The notes beneath the pieces are model-generated. The model saw only the letters and a program-made list of their open reading frames with translations. It had not been told where the DNA came from and did not search any database. DNA of 64,000 bases from Candidatus Bathyarchaeota archaeon (GTDB lineage: Archaea; Thermoproteota; Bathyarchaeia; Bathyarchaeales; DTEX01). The position numbers were made by a program, and so were the translations under genes. Numbering within the stretch: position 1 is the first letter of the stretch; every line of letters starts with the position of its first letter. Below are positions 49,022-59,664 of the stretch, piece after piece. The stretch spans positions 53,324 to 117,323 of the forward strand of contig JANXEA010000010.1 of assembly GCA_025059045.1 (NCBI GenBank), read 5' to 3'.

Positions 49022-50152
49022 ATGATGGCTGAAGTGGTACTGCAATTAATGCAAGGCATGGCTTCTCAGGATAACATTGGCCTATTGATTCAGGTAGCGT
49101 GGCTTGCATTCTTCGTATTTTACTTGCTATATGGGCAGAAGCTGCAGGTTAAGGTTATGTTGAAGGAGGTTGAAAGTTCACTTTATAGGCTAAAGGCTAT
49201 GAGAGACCAGGGAAGAAGCATAGCGATTTCAACTATTAAGGAGGTCGGTAACCTCTCTGAGGACCCCTCAGCACGTGTTGATCGAATCCTTGATCACGTT
49301 TACATTCCGCCAGTTGATCTGGATCCTAGCGGAATAATTCGAAGGCTTGAGCATATAATTGACGTACGGGACTTCAGATTCAAAGATGAAGTGAGACATA
49401 TGGTTCCCAATGCGGATGAGACTCAGATAAACAATTTGACGAATATGCTTGAAGCCGCTTTGGCCCTCAATGAAATCTACAAGTACGTTAGGCATTTCTA
49501 TCTTTTAGGTAAGAAGACATCAAGTTTCTACATTGTATTACAGTTGCAGATGATATTGCCACAGATAATGAAGGAATGCGAGGCCTTTGCCAGTGCGCTG
49601 AGAGCCTTCACACTGGGTCAACCAATCGGCGATGGGATTGGCGCACTGGTCTCGGCGAAACTAATGTATGGGAGGGCAAGCCGGGAGATAGCTGAGGACA
49701 TTGTAGTGTCAGAGGTTCCCATCGAGGGGAGAGTGGCCTATGTCCTCAAGGCTAAGGGACCTGGCGGAAATGTTGGAAAGCCAGGGGAGGCTGTAAAGCA
49801 GATACTTGAGGAGAGGGAAGGTCGTGTTGCTCTGATAATCCTAGTCGACGCTGCACAGAAGCTTGAAGGCGAAAAACCTGGTGAAATTGTAGAGGGGACA
49901 GGGGTCGCGATTGGGGGTCCAGGGGTTGACAAATATAAGGTTGAGGAAGCCGCGACGAAATATAAAGTGCCTGTTCACGCCATTTTAGTTAAAGAAGGAA
50001 TAGGCGACGTCGTCTCTACGATGAGAAAGGAGATATCGAATAGTGCTGATGAGGTCATTAAAAGAATCCATAGAATAGTGCTTGAGAACACGAAGCCTGG
50101 CGATTGCTTAATAATCGCCGGTATTGGAAATACTATGGGCATTGCGCAGTAG
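49022..50152 (+). CDS. DUF1512 family membrane protein
   Basis: PVDLDPSGI, PIGDGIG, KAKGPGGNVG, GIGNTMGIAQ. Confidence 0.88.
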   Translation: MMAEVVLQLMQGMASQDNIGLLIQVAWLAFFVFYLLYGQKLQVKVMLKEVESSLYRLKAMRDQGRSIAISTIKEVGNLSEDPSARVDRILDHVYIPPVDLDPSGIIRRLEHIIDVRDFRFKDEVRHMVPNADETQINNLTNMLEAALALNEIYKYVRHFYLLGKKTSSFYIVLQLQMILPQIMKECEAFASALRAFTLGQPIGDGIGALVSAKLMYGRASREIAEDIVVSEVPIEGRVAYVLKAKGPGGNVGKPGEAVKQILEEREGRVALIILVDAAQKLEGEKPGEIVEGTGVAIGGPGVDKYKVEEAATKYKVPVHAILVKEGIGDVVSTMRKEISNSADEVIKRIHRIVLENTKPGDCLIIAGIGNTMGIAQ

Positions 50153-50161
50153 TGATGAATT

Positions 50162-50554
50162 ATGAATGAGAAATCGTCTTCCGTTGAAAAAGTATCAGCG
50201 TTTTTTATAGCAATCATAGCCGTATTGCTGGCACTATCCATATTTTCCCTCTTCCAAGCATTCGAGATCTATAGGCGTACAGGCTTACCGGACTTTCTAG
50301 CAATATTTCTCAGCATCAGCGCGATTATATTATCATTTTATATGGTCTTTCAGTTGAAAAGTAGGCCTATAAAACTCGGCTTTGAAATTCCGAAAGTTTT
50401 CACCAATATTCAATGCAGAAGCTGCGAGTTCCGTCAAGTCAGAGAGTTCCAGAAGGGAGATTACATTTTTAGGCAGATGGATCCCTGCCCAAAATGCAAC
50501 AGCCCGACATATGTTTCCTCGATCTTCAGAGAGCCTGAGGAGAAAGAGGAGTAA
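50162..50554 (+). CDS. Two-TM membrane protein with Zn ribbon
   Basis: Two hydrophobic helices, then C.SC..REFQKGDYIF..CPKC. Confidence 0.75.
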   Translation: MNEKSSSVEKVSAFFIAIIAVLLALSIFSLFQAFEIYRRTGLPDFLAIFLSISAIILSFYMVFQLKSRPIKLGFEIPKVFTNIQCRSCEFRQVREFQKGDYIFRQMDPCPKCNSPTYVSSIFREPEEKEE

Positions 50555-50564
50555 ACAGATTATG

Positions 50565-51500
50565 CTAAGTTAATACTGTTACACCTCTGCTTCCAACATA
50601 TACTGTATGCTCTACCTGCGCAACCGTGCATCCGCTAGCCTCTACGAAGACGGGATATCCCATAAGACACTTTGAACCCAAAAGTTCCGAGAACGCTGAC
50701 CTATACTTATCCTCAGTCAAATATTCTTTCAGCCATCTCTGCGCGAATGGTAAAGTGTGGAACTCGTTCTCAATATGTTTAAGAAGGGTTCTTGATTCCG
50801 AAGATTTCAAAGGTCTCCGCTTGGTAAATCTGAATATATGCATTTCAGGCCCATTCTTCACTCTCCCAGCTGCATTCCTGACTGTTACGAAAGGCTCTAT
50901 TGCATAGATTTCTCCCTCAAGAATCCTGCTTGGAAAAGAATGGGATATGTTTGGCAAAGATTTACCAGCATGGATTGTGTATCGGCTGATAAGGTGGCCA
51001 GTCAAATTTGAGATTGGTTTGAAACCGTAGCTCTCGATGACCCCTTGTATCTCCGATCCGACCTTTGATGTTGAGATCCCAGGTCTCATAATCCTGATCG
51101 CCGCCTCCAATGCTTTTTCAGCGGCATGAACCATACCTTCATAATCGGTATTAAAACAGACGGTTGTCGCAGTATCCGCAATATAGCCGTCAATATGTAC
51201 GCCGATGTCGATTTTGACAATAGACCCTTCAGGAATCCTTTTCTCATCACCTATTGGGGAAGTATAATGTGCAGCGACATCATTAACTGAAATATTGCAT
51301 GGAAAAGCCGGCTTGCCGCCAAGGTCTCTGATCATCCCCTCAATCTTTTCACATATCTCGATGAGAGGTTTATCTTCTTCAACCACACTTTTCACCTGTT
51401 CTCTAACCTTGGACGCGATTTCTCCGGCTTTGTAATACTGTTCAACCGCGTCACTTGAGATCATATCATCGCTCCCTCTATGACTGTGAGACGGGCACAT
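50565..51500 (-). CDS. map: Methionine aminopeptidase type II
   Basis: AFPCNISVNDVAAHY, KIDIGVHIDGYIAD, NLTGH, AIEPF, AQVEHTV. Confidence 0.96.
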   Translation of the reverse strand: MCPSHSHRGSDDMISSDAVEQYYKAGEIASKVREQVKSVVEEDKPLIEICEKIEGMIRDLGGKPAFPCNISVNDVAAHYTSPIGDEKRIPEGSIVKIDIGVHIDGYIADTATTVCFNTDYEGMVHAAEKALEAAIRIMRPGISTSKVGSEIQGVIESYGFKPISNLTGHLISRYTIHAGKSLPNISHSFPSRILEGEIYAIEPFVTVRNAAGRVKNGPEMHIFRFTKRRPLKSSESRTLLKHIENEFHTLPFAQRWLKEYLTEDKYRSAFSELLGSKCLMGYPVFVEASGCTVAQVEHTVYVGSRGVTVLT

Positions 51501-51681
51501 GTTTACTTTATCTTCTTATACTACAAACATCAGACCTACTGATTATTCATTATCTAAAGAAGATATTAAGGTAACATCTTATGAACACATAATTAAAGTT
51601 CATAAGCGATTTAATGGAGCAATTTTTGAAGAAGATATGAGGGCGAGGTGATTTTATCGAAATTGAAGGGAAGACAGACTG

Positions 51682-52155
51682 ATGAAGAGCAGACCGAGAA
51701 TATTGATAATCGATGATGACGAAAACATAAGAAAGGTCCTATCTATGATCCTAGAAGACAAAGGGTACATAGTGGACGTCGCAGAGGATGGGGAAGAGGC
51801 GATAAAAAAATCTCAAAAGAACTTCTATAACCTGGCATTAATAGACATAAAGCTGCCGGACATGGAAGGAACCGATCTTCTGACAAGAATGAAGGAGACG
51901 ACGCCGAAGATGATAAAAATCATACTGACCGGCTACCCTACATTGAAGAATGCAATAGACGCTGTGAACAAGGGTGCTGACGGCTATTTAGTAAAGCCTA
52001 TCGATGTAGACGCCTTATGTCACGTGATTGCGGAGCATCTGAAGAGGCAGGAGGAGGAAAACAGGTTCAGCGAGGAGAAGGTTGCGGAATTTATAGAGAC
52101 GAGGGCCAGAGAGATGAAGAGTAAATCCAAGCCTAGGAAGAAGCCGGAGAAATGA
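51682..52155 (+). CDS. Response regulator (REC plus short helical tail)
   Basis: ILIIDDD, LIDIKLPDMEG, ILTGY, LVKP. Confidence 0.93.
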   Translation: MKSRPRILIIDDDENIRKVLSMILEDKGYIVDVAEDGEEAIKKSQKNFYNLALIDIKLPDMEGTDLLTRMKETTPKMIKIILTGYPTLKNAIDAVNKGADGYLVKPIDVDALCHVIAEHLKRQEEENRFSEEKVAEFIETRAREMKSKSKPRKKPEK

Positions 52156-52161
52156 GGCCCC

Positions 52162-52506
52162 ATGAAAACTATCGCCAGTAGCAGAATTCAAGCTGGGGAA
52201 GAGCTGGTGCTGAAAGTAGTGGAAGAGGTTTTGATTAATGTTCTTGGGGAGAAGGCGTTTACGCGGCTTGTAAAAGCGTTGAGAAGGAACTTCTCACTTG
52301 AGTGGCATGAAATTCCAAGTAAGAGCGACTTGTTCTCCTTTGCACTTAAGGAGATGCTGGGCATAGGCTCAACAATTATTGAGGATCTGATAATAGAGAA
52401 TTTGTATCTCAAGCTGGGACAAGAGATAAGGTGGAGAAAAGACTACAAATTCTCAGACTATATAAAAGAGATTCTATCGGCCGCAGACGGGGATAAACGT
52501 GCATGA
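52162..52506 (+). CDS. Small helical protein typical of archaeal two-component loci (DUF3227/NitrOD5-like)
   Basis: VEEVLINVLGE..FSFALKEMLGIGSTIIEDLIIENLY..FSDYI; lies between the REC and kinase genes. Confidence 0.6.
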   Translation: MKTIASSRIQAGEELVLKVVEEVLINVLGEKAFTRLVKALRRNFSLEWHEIPSKSDLFSFALKEMLGIGSTIIEDLIIENLYLKLGQEIRWRKDYKFSDYIKEILSAADGDKRA

Positions 52507-52596
52507 CTTATGGTCATAGGCTACGAGTAGCCTATGGGGGACGCTTGGAGCCCACATGCAAAACAGAAGGCCTATTGATTAAATGGGGGACCTGTA

Positions 52597-54735
52597 ATGC
52601 TACTTTACGCAGCCATGTTACTCACGCTCAGCATTATCGCAATAATGTTTGTGATCCGTAATCTAATATCAAAAAATACGAGCAGTATTATCGGTTCTAT
52701 AGTCATCTCAGCAATTCTAATATGGTCGCTTGGACTGACCCTTGAGATAAGTAGCTCCGACTTCTCCACTAAACTGTTATGGAATAAGATTCAATTTATC
52801 GGGATTGACCTCCTTCCATCAACATGGCTCATTTATGTTCTTTATCTTCTAGGATATGGGAGGTGGTTAACCAGAAGATTGGTTTGCCTTCTAAGCATCG
52901 CTCCAGCTGTGAAACTGCTGCTTGTTTTCACTAATGAGATGCATGGCCTAATTTATGAACAGGTAAGCCTAAACCCTTATGACCCGAGACTACCGTTAAC
53001 CGTCCATTATGGTCTTGGTTTTTGGGTCTTCTTCATTTACATTTACGCTCTTCTTTTGTATTCATCGGTTTTCTCTCTAGCCACCTTATTTCGCGCATAT
53101 ACTCTATATAAATCTCAAGCGGCGGCTCTTTTACTAATCACGGTTGTCCCATGGGTTAGCAGCGCGTTCGTCTACCTGAGACTTCGCGTCTTTCCAATGG
53201 ATTTTACACCGGCCATATGTCTTGTTGCTTCGATACTACTATCCTTAGTTAATCCATCCCGGCTGCGTCTCAAGGATGTTATCCCAGTCGCCCATAAAGT
53301 CGTTCTGAACAGCATAAGTGATGGAATAATCGTGATGGACGAGCATAACAATATTCTTGAGCTTAATAAGGCCGCGGAGGCGATGACTGGTTTATCGAAT
53401 AAGGATGCGCGGGGAAGAGCTGCCTCTGAGATTCTGAGTTTTATCCCGAACCCTTCATCAAGTGAGTTGTGCAATGATAGCGGCCGGGAGGTTTCGCTGG
53501 GAGGGAAGACGTATAGCCTACACTTTTCAACTGTCTCTGACTGGTCTGGAAATCCCAGATGCAGAATCCTCGTTCTGCATGACGTGACAAGAATGAAACT
53601 CATGGAGGAAGAACTGAAGAAGTACACGGAGCATCTGGAAAGCTTAGTGAAAGAGAAGACAAAGAAACTTCAGGAGAGCCAATCCTGGCTGACGAATGTG
53701 TTCACCGCGTCTCCCGACGCGATATTAGTTGCCGACATTAAAGGAAACATTGTTGAATGTAATCATGCGACATTAACGATGTTTAAATTCCCTTCTAGAA
53801 ATGATGCGATTGGGAAGAATGGTCTTAATTTTGTTGCTAAAAAAGATCATAGGAAACTCTCGGAGATCTCAAAAGTGCTACTGAAAGAGGGTCTTGTGAG
53901 GAATATTGAGATCACCCTTCTGACCGCGGATGGCAAAGAATTTGCAGGGGAAGTTTCTCTGAGCCTAATTAGGGACTTAGAAAACAATCCAGCCTACATA
54001 ATCGCAATGGCTAGAGACATAACTGACCGCAAGGAGATGCAGAAGAAGCTACTTAGGTCGGAACGGCTTGCCGCAATAGGCGAGTTAGCTGGAATGGTGG
54101 GTCATGATCTTAGGAACCCGTTGACCAGCATACTCGGCGCATCCTATTATTTGAAGATGAAGTATAACTCCATTCTAGACGAGAAGAGCCGCTATATGCT
54201 GAAAATAATAGAGGATGACGTTAGGTATGCGAACAAGATTGTCGATGATCTTCTCGACTACTCCAGCGAGATACGTCTAAATCTTAAAGTGGTCAATTTA
54301 GCCTCGCTTATATCCGAATCATTAAGGATTCTGGAAATACCGAATAATATTGAAGTTGTGAAGCTAGTGGATGAGGGGGTGAAGCTTGAGGTAGACATTG
54401 AAAAGATGAAGAGGGTATTCGTCAACATAATAAGGAATGCCGTTGAGGCTATGCCTGTCGGTGGGAAGCTCACCATACAAGCAGTCAAATTTGACGATAG
54501 GGTGGAAGTCACGTTTACGGACACGGGGATCGGTATACCTAAAGAGATGCTTCCAAATCTCGGGAAACCATTGTTCACGACGAAGCCAAGAGGCATGGGC
54601 TTCGGACTTGCGGTATCAAAACGTTTTGTTGAGGCGCACAATGGAACGATTAGCTGGGAAAGTACTTATGGGAAGGGAACAACAGTAAGGATAATCTTGC
54701 CATTAAGCAGACAGGAAACTGATCATAGCGGATAA
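52597..54735 (+). CDS. Membrane histidine kinase (HisKA_7TM-PAS-PAS-HisKA-HATPase)
   Basis: N-terminal multi-TM region with LVFTNEMHGL, GHDLRNPL H-box, NIIRNAVEAM, DTGIGI, FTTK..GFGL. Confidence 0.93.
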   Translation: MLLYAAMLLTLSIIAIMFVIRNLISKNTSSIIGSIVISAILIWSLGLTLEISSSDFSTKLLWNKIQFIGIDLLPSTWLIYVLYLLGYGRWLTRRLVCLLSIAPAVKLLLVFTNEMHGLIYEQVSLNPYDPRLPLTVHYGLGFWVFFIYIYALLLYSSVFSLATLFRAYTLYKSQAAALLLITVVPWVSSAFVYLRLRVFPMDFTPAICLVASILLSLVNPSRLRLKDVIPVAHKVVLNSISDGIIVMDEHNNILELNKAAEAMTGLSNKDARGRAASEILSFIPNPSSSELCNDSGREVSLGGKTYSLHFSTVSDWSGNPRCRILVLHDVTRMKLMEEELKKYTEHLESLVKEKTKKLQESQSWLTNVFTASPDAILVADIKGNIVECNHATLTMFKFPSRNDAIGKNGLNFVAKKDHRKLSEISKVLLKEGLVRNIEITLLTADGKEFAGEVSLSLIRDLENNPAYIIAMARDITDRKEMQKKLLRSERLAAIGELAGMVGHDLRNPLTSILGASYYLKMKYNSILDEKSRYMLKIIEDDVRYANKIVDDLLDYSSEIRLNLKVVNLASLISESLRILEIPNNIEVVKLVDEGVKLEVDIEKMKRVFVNIIRNAVEAMPVGGKLTIQAVKFDDRVEVTFTDTGIGIPKEMLPNLGKPLFTTKPRGMGFGLAVSKRFVEAHNGTISWESTYGKGTTVRIILPLSRQETDHSG

Positions 54736-54798
54736 TTGTTAAAATACTTCTTGAATAACCTTTGTTATTTAATTCTTGAGCCATTAATGGTGAGGATA

Positions 54799-55764
54799 AT
54801 GGTGAAAAAGATCGGTCTAGTAACTGCTGGTGGGGACGCTCCTGGAATGAATGCTGCCATTCGCTCGGTCGTCCGCTCCGCGATCTACATGGGATTGGAG
54901 GTGATAGGGTTCGAAAGAGGGTATGCAGGCCTCATACATAAACAGTGGCGGCCTATGACCATGAGGTCCGTCAGCGGGATAATCAATCTGGGAGGAACGA
55001 TACTTAGGACTGTAAGATGCGCGGAGATGGAGACTAGGGAGGGTATAGAGAGGGCTGCTGAAAACCTTAAAGATCTAAATGTGGATGGGCTCGTGGCCAT
55101 CGGTGGCGATGGAACCTTCAGAGGTGCGGTTGAACTCCAAAGGGTAAGCGGGGTATCCGTGATTGGGATTCCGGCGACAATCGATAATGATGTTGCTGGA
55201 ACGGATAGTACGATAGGTTTTGACACCGCGGTCAATACGGCTGTCTCCGCGATAGATAAGATTAGGGACACCGCGACTTCACATGAGAGAATATTTGTGG
55301 TCGAGGTTATGGGGCGAAGGAGGGGTTTCCTCGCGTTAGAAGTTGGGTTAGCCGGGGGAGCGGAATTAATTCTCATACCAGAAGTGAAATTTGACCTAGA
55401 TGAAATATGTGAGAGGCTGAGGATGGGGCTGCATGAGGGGAAGACCTCGCAGATCATCGTTGCGGCTGAGGGGGTTGGCTCCACCTCTGAGATTGCGAAC
55501 TACATAGCGAAAGAGACACAATATCAGGTTCGCTTGACTGTTCTTGGTTATGTGCAGAGGGGTGGAAGTCCCTCGGCGGTTAGCAGGATACTGGCCTGCG
55601 AGTTTGGTCATCTGGCAGTTCAGCTGCTCCTTAATGGGGAGAAGGAGAGGCTTGTCCGAATTAAGGATGGGAAGATAGGGTCTATGAGCCTCTATGAGTC
55701 TACTAGGCAGGTTAAGGAGATCGACCTAGAAAAATACAGGTTGGCTCACATACTGTCATTGTGA
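54799..55764 (+). CDS. pfkA: PfkA-family 6-phosphofructokinase (ATP-type signature)
   Basis: GGDAPGMNAA, GGTIL, IGGDGT, PATIDND, VEVMGR, LGYVQRGG. Confidence 0.93.
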   Translation: MVKKIGLVTAGGDAPGMNAAIRSVVRSAIYMGLEVIGFERGYAGLIHKQWRPMTMRSVSGIINLGGTILRTVRCAEMETREGIERAAENLKDLNVDGLVAIGGDGTFRGAVELQRVSGVSVIGIPATIDNDVAGTDSTIGFDTAVNTAVSAIDKIRDTATSHERIFVVEVMGRRRGFLALEVGLAGGAELILIPEVKFDLDEICERLRMGLHEGKTSQIIVAAEGVGSTSEIANYIAKETQYQVRLTVLGYVQRGGSPSAVSRILACEFGHLAVQLLLNGEKERLVRIKDGKIGSMSLYESTRQVKEIDLEKYRLAHILSL

Positions 55765-55773
55765 GCTGGATTG

Positions 55774-56865
55774 TTATGTTATGAAATTGGAGAGCCCGGC
55801 TTCTCTCGCCAGTTCTACCGCTTTTTTCATCTCATTGAACGTCAGTCTTCTCCTGAGCTCAGGGATTTCATGGGCTCTCCATTCAGGTCGATACTGGAAC
55901 ATTAGGTTTACCCTAACATTTTCTCCCAATTTTTCAGATATCCATTTTAAGATAGGTTCTGTGCAGCAGGATAAGTGTCCGGGGAGGACCAAGACCCTTA
56001 TGATGAGCTCGCCGAAACGTTTTCCGTATAGGTGGTTCCTCCTGCAAACCTCTACGTAACCAGGGGCATCCGAAATCTTCTCTGCGCATTCATTTTGGCC
56101 ATACTTGAAATCCAAGAGGTATATGTCTGCAAATTCGGCGAGAAGCTTAGCTGTCTCCTCACTATAGTATGAGTTAGAGTTCCATACAACCGGTATGTTT
56201 ACATTCACGTGCTTGAACGCTTCAAGCCAGAGGGGGAGCCATGGCGTCGGCTCCCCGCCAACTAGGTTAGCGTTTCTGCAACCATTCCTCCTCAGACCCT
56301 CTATAGCCTGGGCCAGCATTCTCGGCGTGTAAGCCTTTCCTTCCTCATACCACTGGGATATTGACCAGTTTTGGCAATGTAGGCATCTTATTGTGCAGCC
56401 CATTGTGAAGATGGTTCCAGAAGGGACTAGCTCCGGCTCTTCGCCCATATGCTCGAAGATGGATGACACTATCATTTGCGACCCGCATCTGCAGTAGCCG
56501 AGTTCACCATTCAACCGATTTTTCCCGCACTTCCTATTGCAGAGGCAGCAGTTCTCAAGGATGCGATTTGCTATTGCTATCTTCAGGTCTAGGAGGGACT
56601 TCTGGGGCAGATCAGCATTTTCTACTTTTTCTTCACCATTGTCTATCTGGTCCTGGATGCGAAAGAATTCTTTTGAGAGATCATCATGGATTCGCCATAA
56701 TCCGCTTAGGCTTTCATCTTCTGAAAAATCTGCTGGAATTCTCTTTGCGATCAAGAATTTCGCCGGCTTCTTATCTTGCATTACGGCGAAGTATCTGGGC
56801 AGGCTTGCCCTCACTTTCTCATCATTAAGAACCGAAACTGCATCGGGCCTGAATATGGTGATCAT
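55774..56865 (-). CDS. Radical SAM protein, PflX-like
   Basis: HMGEEPELVPSGTIF, CTIRCLHCQN, GGEPTP, DFKYG, QYRP. Confidence 0.88.
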   Translation of the reverse strand: MITIFRPDAVSVLNDEKVRASLPRYFAVMQDKKPAKFLIAKRIPADFSEDESLSGLWRIHDDLSKEFFRIQDQIDNGEEKVENADLPQKSLLDLKIAIANRILENCCLCNRKCGKNRLNGELGYCRCGSQMIVSSIFEHMGEEPELVPSGTIFTMGCTIRCLHCQNWSISQWYEEGKAYTPRMLAQAIEGLRRNGCRNANLVGGEPTPWLPLWLEAFKHVNVNIPVVWNSNSYYSEETAKLLAEFADIYLLDFKYGQNECAEKISDAPGYVEVCRRNHLYGKRFGELIIRVLVLPGHLSCCTEPILKWISEKLGENVRVNLMFQYRPEWRAHEIPELRRRLTFNEMKKAVELAREAGLSNFIT

Positions 56866-56945
56866 TTTCTCAGAATTTTAAATAGGCCTGTCCAACCTTA
56901 TTAACGATATGTTCTTCTAGTATGAGATAGATTTGGAATTTCCCA

Positions 56946-58001
56946 TCACAATATGGGATATGGGAATGAGAAGCCTTTATTGTGGAATCTTCCGCGAATC
57001 GGGATCTTGTTCCCGCAATTGGAACAACGCATATCTTCGGTCAAATTCCATCTTATAACTTCATAACCGTACCTTTTGATCACGGTCTCTCCGCAAATGG
57101 GGCAATAGGTGTTCTCATACCTGTGACCTGCAACATTACCTAGATACACGTAGTCTAGGCCAGCTTCTCTTGAAACATCGTAAGCCTTCTCTAATGTTTG
57201 AATCTCGGTTGCACGGATCTCGGTGAGGTTATAGTCTGGATGAAACCTGAGAAGGTGGAAAGGAGTATCTCTGCCTAAATTCTCTTTTATCCAGGAAGCA
57301 AGTTCCCTTATCCTTTCTAAAGAGTCGCCTATCTCGGGTACAACTAAATTTGTTACCTCGATGTGGATTCCGCACTTTCTCATTTCACGCAGAGACTCGT
57401 ATATTGGTTCAACAGAGGGGACGGATGAGAACTTCCTATAAAACTCTGGATCTCCGCCTCCCTTGAAGTCTACAGTAGCCGCATCCAAGTATGGTGCGAT
57501 CATTCTAACAGCCTCCGGTGTCATGTAACCGTTAGTTACAAAGGTGTTGAAGATTCCTTTTTCATGGGCAAGAATGGCCGTATCATATGCATACTCAAAA
57601 AATATTGTTGGTTCAGTGTATGTGTAGCTTATACCTTCACATTCATAATTCTCGGCTGTTTCTACCACCTTCTCTGGGGGAAAATCCTTTCCAACGATGT
57701 CCCTTTCTTGACTAATTGACCAGTTGTCACAGAATTGGCATCTGAAGTTGCATCCTACGGTCGCAATTGACAAGACTGTGGCGCCTGGATGGAAATGTGA
57801 AAGAGGTTTCTTTCCAATTGGGTCAGCATTCGCGGCGCAGATCCTCGCATAGTTTAATGCATATAGTCTTCCCGACTCATTCTTTCTCACCCCGCAGAAA
57901 CCGAAACCGCCATCCCTGATTATGCACCTGCGACCGCAGAGATTGCAGCGTACCATTTTTCCCTGGATCTCTTCATAGAGCATGGCTTCACGTTTATACA
58001 T
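56946..58001 (-). CDS. amrS: AmmeMemoRadiSam-system radical SAM enzyme
   Basis: DPIGKKPLSHFHPG, CNFRCQFCDN, YTYTEPTIFFEY, RFHPDY, YVYLGNV. Confidence 0.88.
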   Translation of the reverse strand: MYKREAMLYEEIQGKMVRCNLCGRRCIIRDGGFGFCGVRKNESGRLYALNYARICAANADPIGKKPLSHFHPGATVLSIATVGCNFRCQFCDNWSISQERDIVGKDFPPEKVVETAENYECEGISYTYTEPTIFFEYAYDTAILAHEKGIFNTFVTNGYMTPEAVRMIAPYLDAATVDFKGGGDPEFYRKFSSVPSVEPIYESLREMRKCGIHIEVTNLVVPEIGDSLERIRELASWIKENLGRDTPFHLLRFHPDYNLTEIRATEIQTLEKAYDVSREAGLDYVYLGNVAGHRYENTYCPICGETVIKRYGYEVIRWNLTEDMRCSNCGNKIPIRGRFHNKGFSFPYPIL

Positions 58002-58126
58002 GAATAATTATGCACCTATAGGGTTCTACTAGCCTTTTCCTCTAAATCCTTTCCTCCATGCCGATTTGCAGACTCTCTCTTCAATATTACTGGATTAATT
58101 ATTACGTGTATGGGGCGATATGAGTT

Positions 58127-58405
58127 CTAATCTTTGACTGCCTCCAGTAGGCTTATAACATTCCATAATTTGACGCGGGTGTATGGAGGCATGTTTGGAT
58201 CCTGAAGGATCTCATCTAGGATGGATACAGCGTTCGAGGCTCTAACCCCCATCGTATACGTTGTGAGCTGAAGTGTCTCCATAGATTCTTTGGCGGCTCT
58301 TCTAATGTTTCTGGGGGTGGTTGTATCCTCTGAGACTTGACCGAGGATCCTTATCGCCTGCGTTATCCTTTCTTCATATTCCTTCTGCTTCTTCTTGCTG
58401 ACCAT
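58127..58405 (-). CDS. UPF0147 family protein
   Basis: DTTTPRNIRRAA..VRASNAVSILDEILQDPNMPPYTR. Confidence 0.9.
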   Translation of the reverse strand: MVSKKKQKEYEERITQAIRILGQVSEDTTTPRNIRRAAKESMETLQLTTYTMGVRASNAVSILDEILQDPNMPPYTRVKLWNVISLLEAVKD

Positions 58406-58528
58406 ATGCAGCCCCCCAAGCGATTGTTGACGGCATAAGGTTCTGTTCATGATTCGTATTGATCAAGCGAGATATAAGCTTATATTTTTGGAGTTTTCTT
58501 TTCGGGAAAATAGGTGGGGCAGAATTTT

Positions 58529-59593
58529 TTAGGCGTTATATTCTCCGTATTTTTTTACTAGTTCTATGACCCTCATATAGTTCTGGAAACTTACATTTTT
58601 CGGTATAGAGTGGTCTGAGTGATATATGTATCCTCCACCTTCCTTTGCGGCCATTATCTTCTTTCTTATTTCATCCTCAATGGCTCTTAGATCGTCAAGA
58701 GCCATTAATCTGGCATCGATTCCCCCCATGAAGGAAATTTTGTCGCCAAACTTCTCTTTTAGTTCTACAAGATCCATACCGGCTTTAACCTCTAATGGTT
58801 GGAGACAGTTTATCCCTTCCTCGATGAAGTATGGTATTAGATCTTTCACCCTTCCGCAGCAGTGGAGAATTACAAACATCCCTTTACCGTGAAAGAACCT
58901 GCATAGCTCCTTGAATATTGGGTGAACCTGTTCCTCGTAATGTTTGGGGGAGAAGAAAAGGCCGGATTTGTAGCCTAAATCGCAGAAAAGGAAGGCTCCA
59001 TCAAATCTGAACCCTCCCTTAATCATCCGATTGCACATTTCCATAACTAATTTAGCGTCGGTTTCATACATGTCAATTACCCAGTCAGGTTCTTTGAGAA
59101 TTGCTTTCAGTAGGCGTGGCGGCGCCACGTATTTTTGTATTTTGTCGTAGCAGACTGTAGCATTATAGGTTATGAATCTGCCTTTAGAATGCTCCCTACG
59201 AAATGTCTGTAAACCTGTCACCCAGTCCACTCTATAGTCGCTTGGCTCAAGTCTCTGTTTAATCTTCTCCCAGTCATCTCTTTTCTTGCATGGATAATCA
59301 ATTATTAGGGGCGTTGTGGAAAAATCGCGGTGATTCATTCTTATCCCGCCATATTTATCTCTCTCCACAATATACTCATCATTCTCTGAGATTACCTCGA
59401 TGGGGAACTGTGGAGAAGTATCCGCCTCAAAGCAGGATATCTCGAATCCAAAATAATCTGCGGGCGATACAGATGCGGGTAGACCCTCTTTGCGCCATCT
59501 TTCTATCGTCGCTTGCCAAATGTTATCGTGAATAGGTATCCTATCCGCCTCTTTATGACGAAGTGCTAGGCTGACCCTCTCTCGCGGAATCAA
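58529..59593 (-). CDS. UroD/MtaA-like (uroporphyrinogen decarboxylase family) protein
   Basis: PRERV..ADRIP, CDLGYKSG, LHCCG, QPLEVKAGMD, GGYIYHSDHS. Confidence 0.85.
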   Translation of the reverse strand: MIPRERVSLALRHKEADRIPIHDNIWQATIERWRKEGLPASVSPADYFGFEISCFEADTSPQFPIEVISENDEYIVERDKYGGIRMNHRDFSTTPLIIDYPCKKRDDWEKIKQRLEPSDYRVDWVTGLQTFRREHSKGRFITYNATVCYDKIQKYVAPPRLLKAILKEPDWVIDMYETDAKLVMEMCNRMIKGGFRFDGAFLFCDLGYKSGLFFSPKHYEEQVHPIFKELCRFFHGKGMFVILHCCGRVKDLIPYFIEEGINCLQPLEVKAGMDLVELKEKFGDKISFMGGIDARLMALDDLRAIEDEIRKKIMAAKEGGGYIYHSDHSIPKNVSFQNYMRVIELVKKYGEYNA

Positions 59594-59664
59594 TTGATCG
59601 GCCCCCTATCTAATGGTTAGAACAACGTTACGCCTAAATTAATTTAATCGAGGTGATGTTCTAA

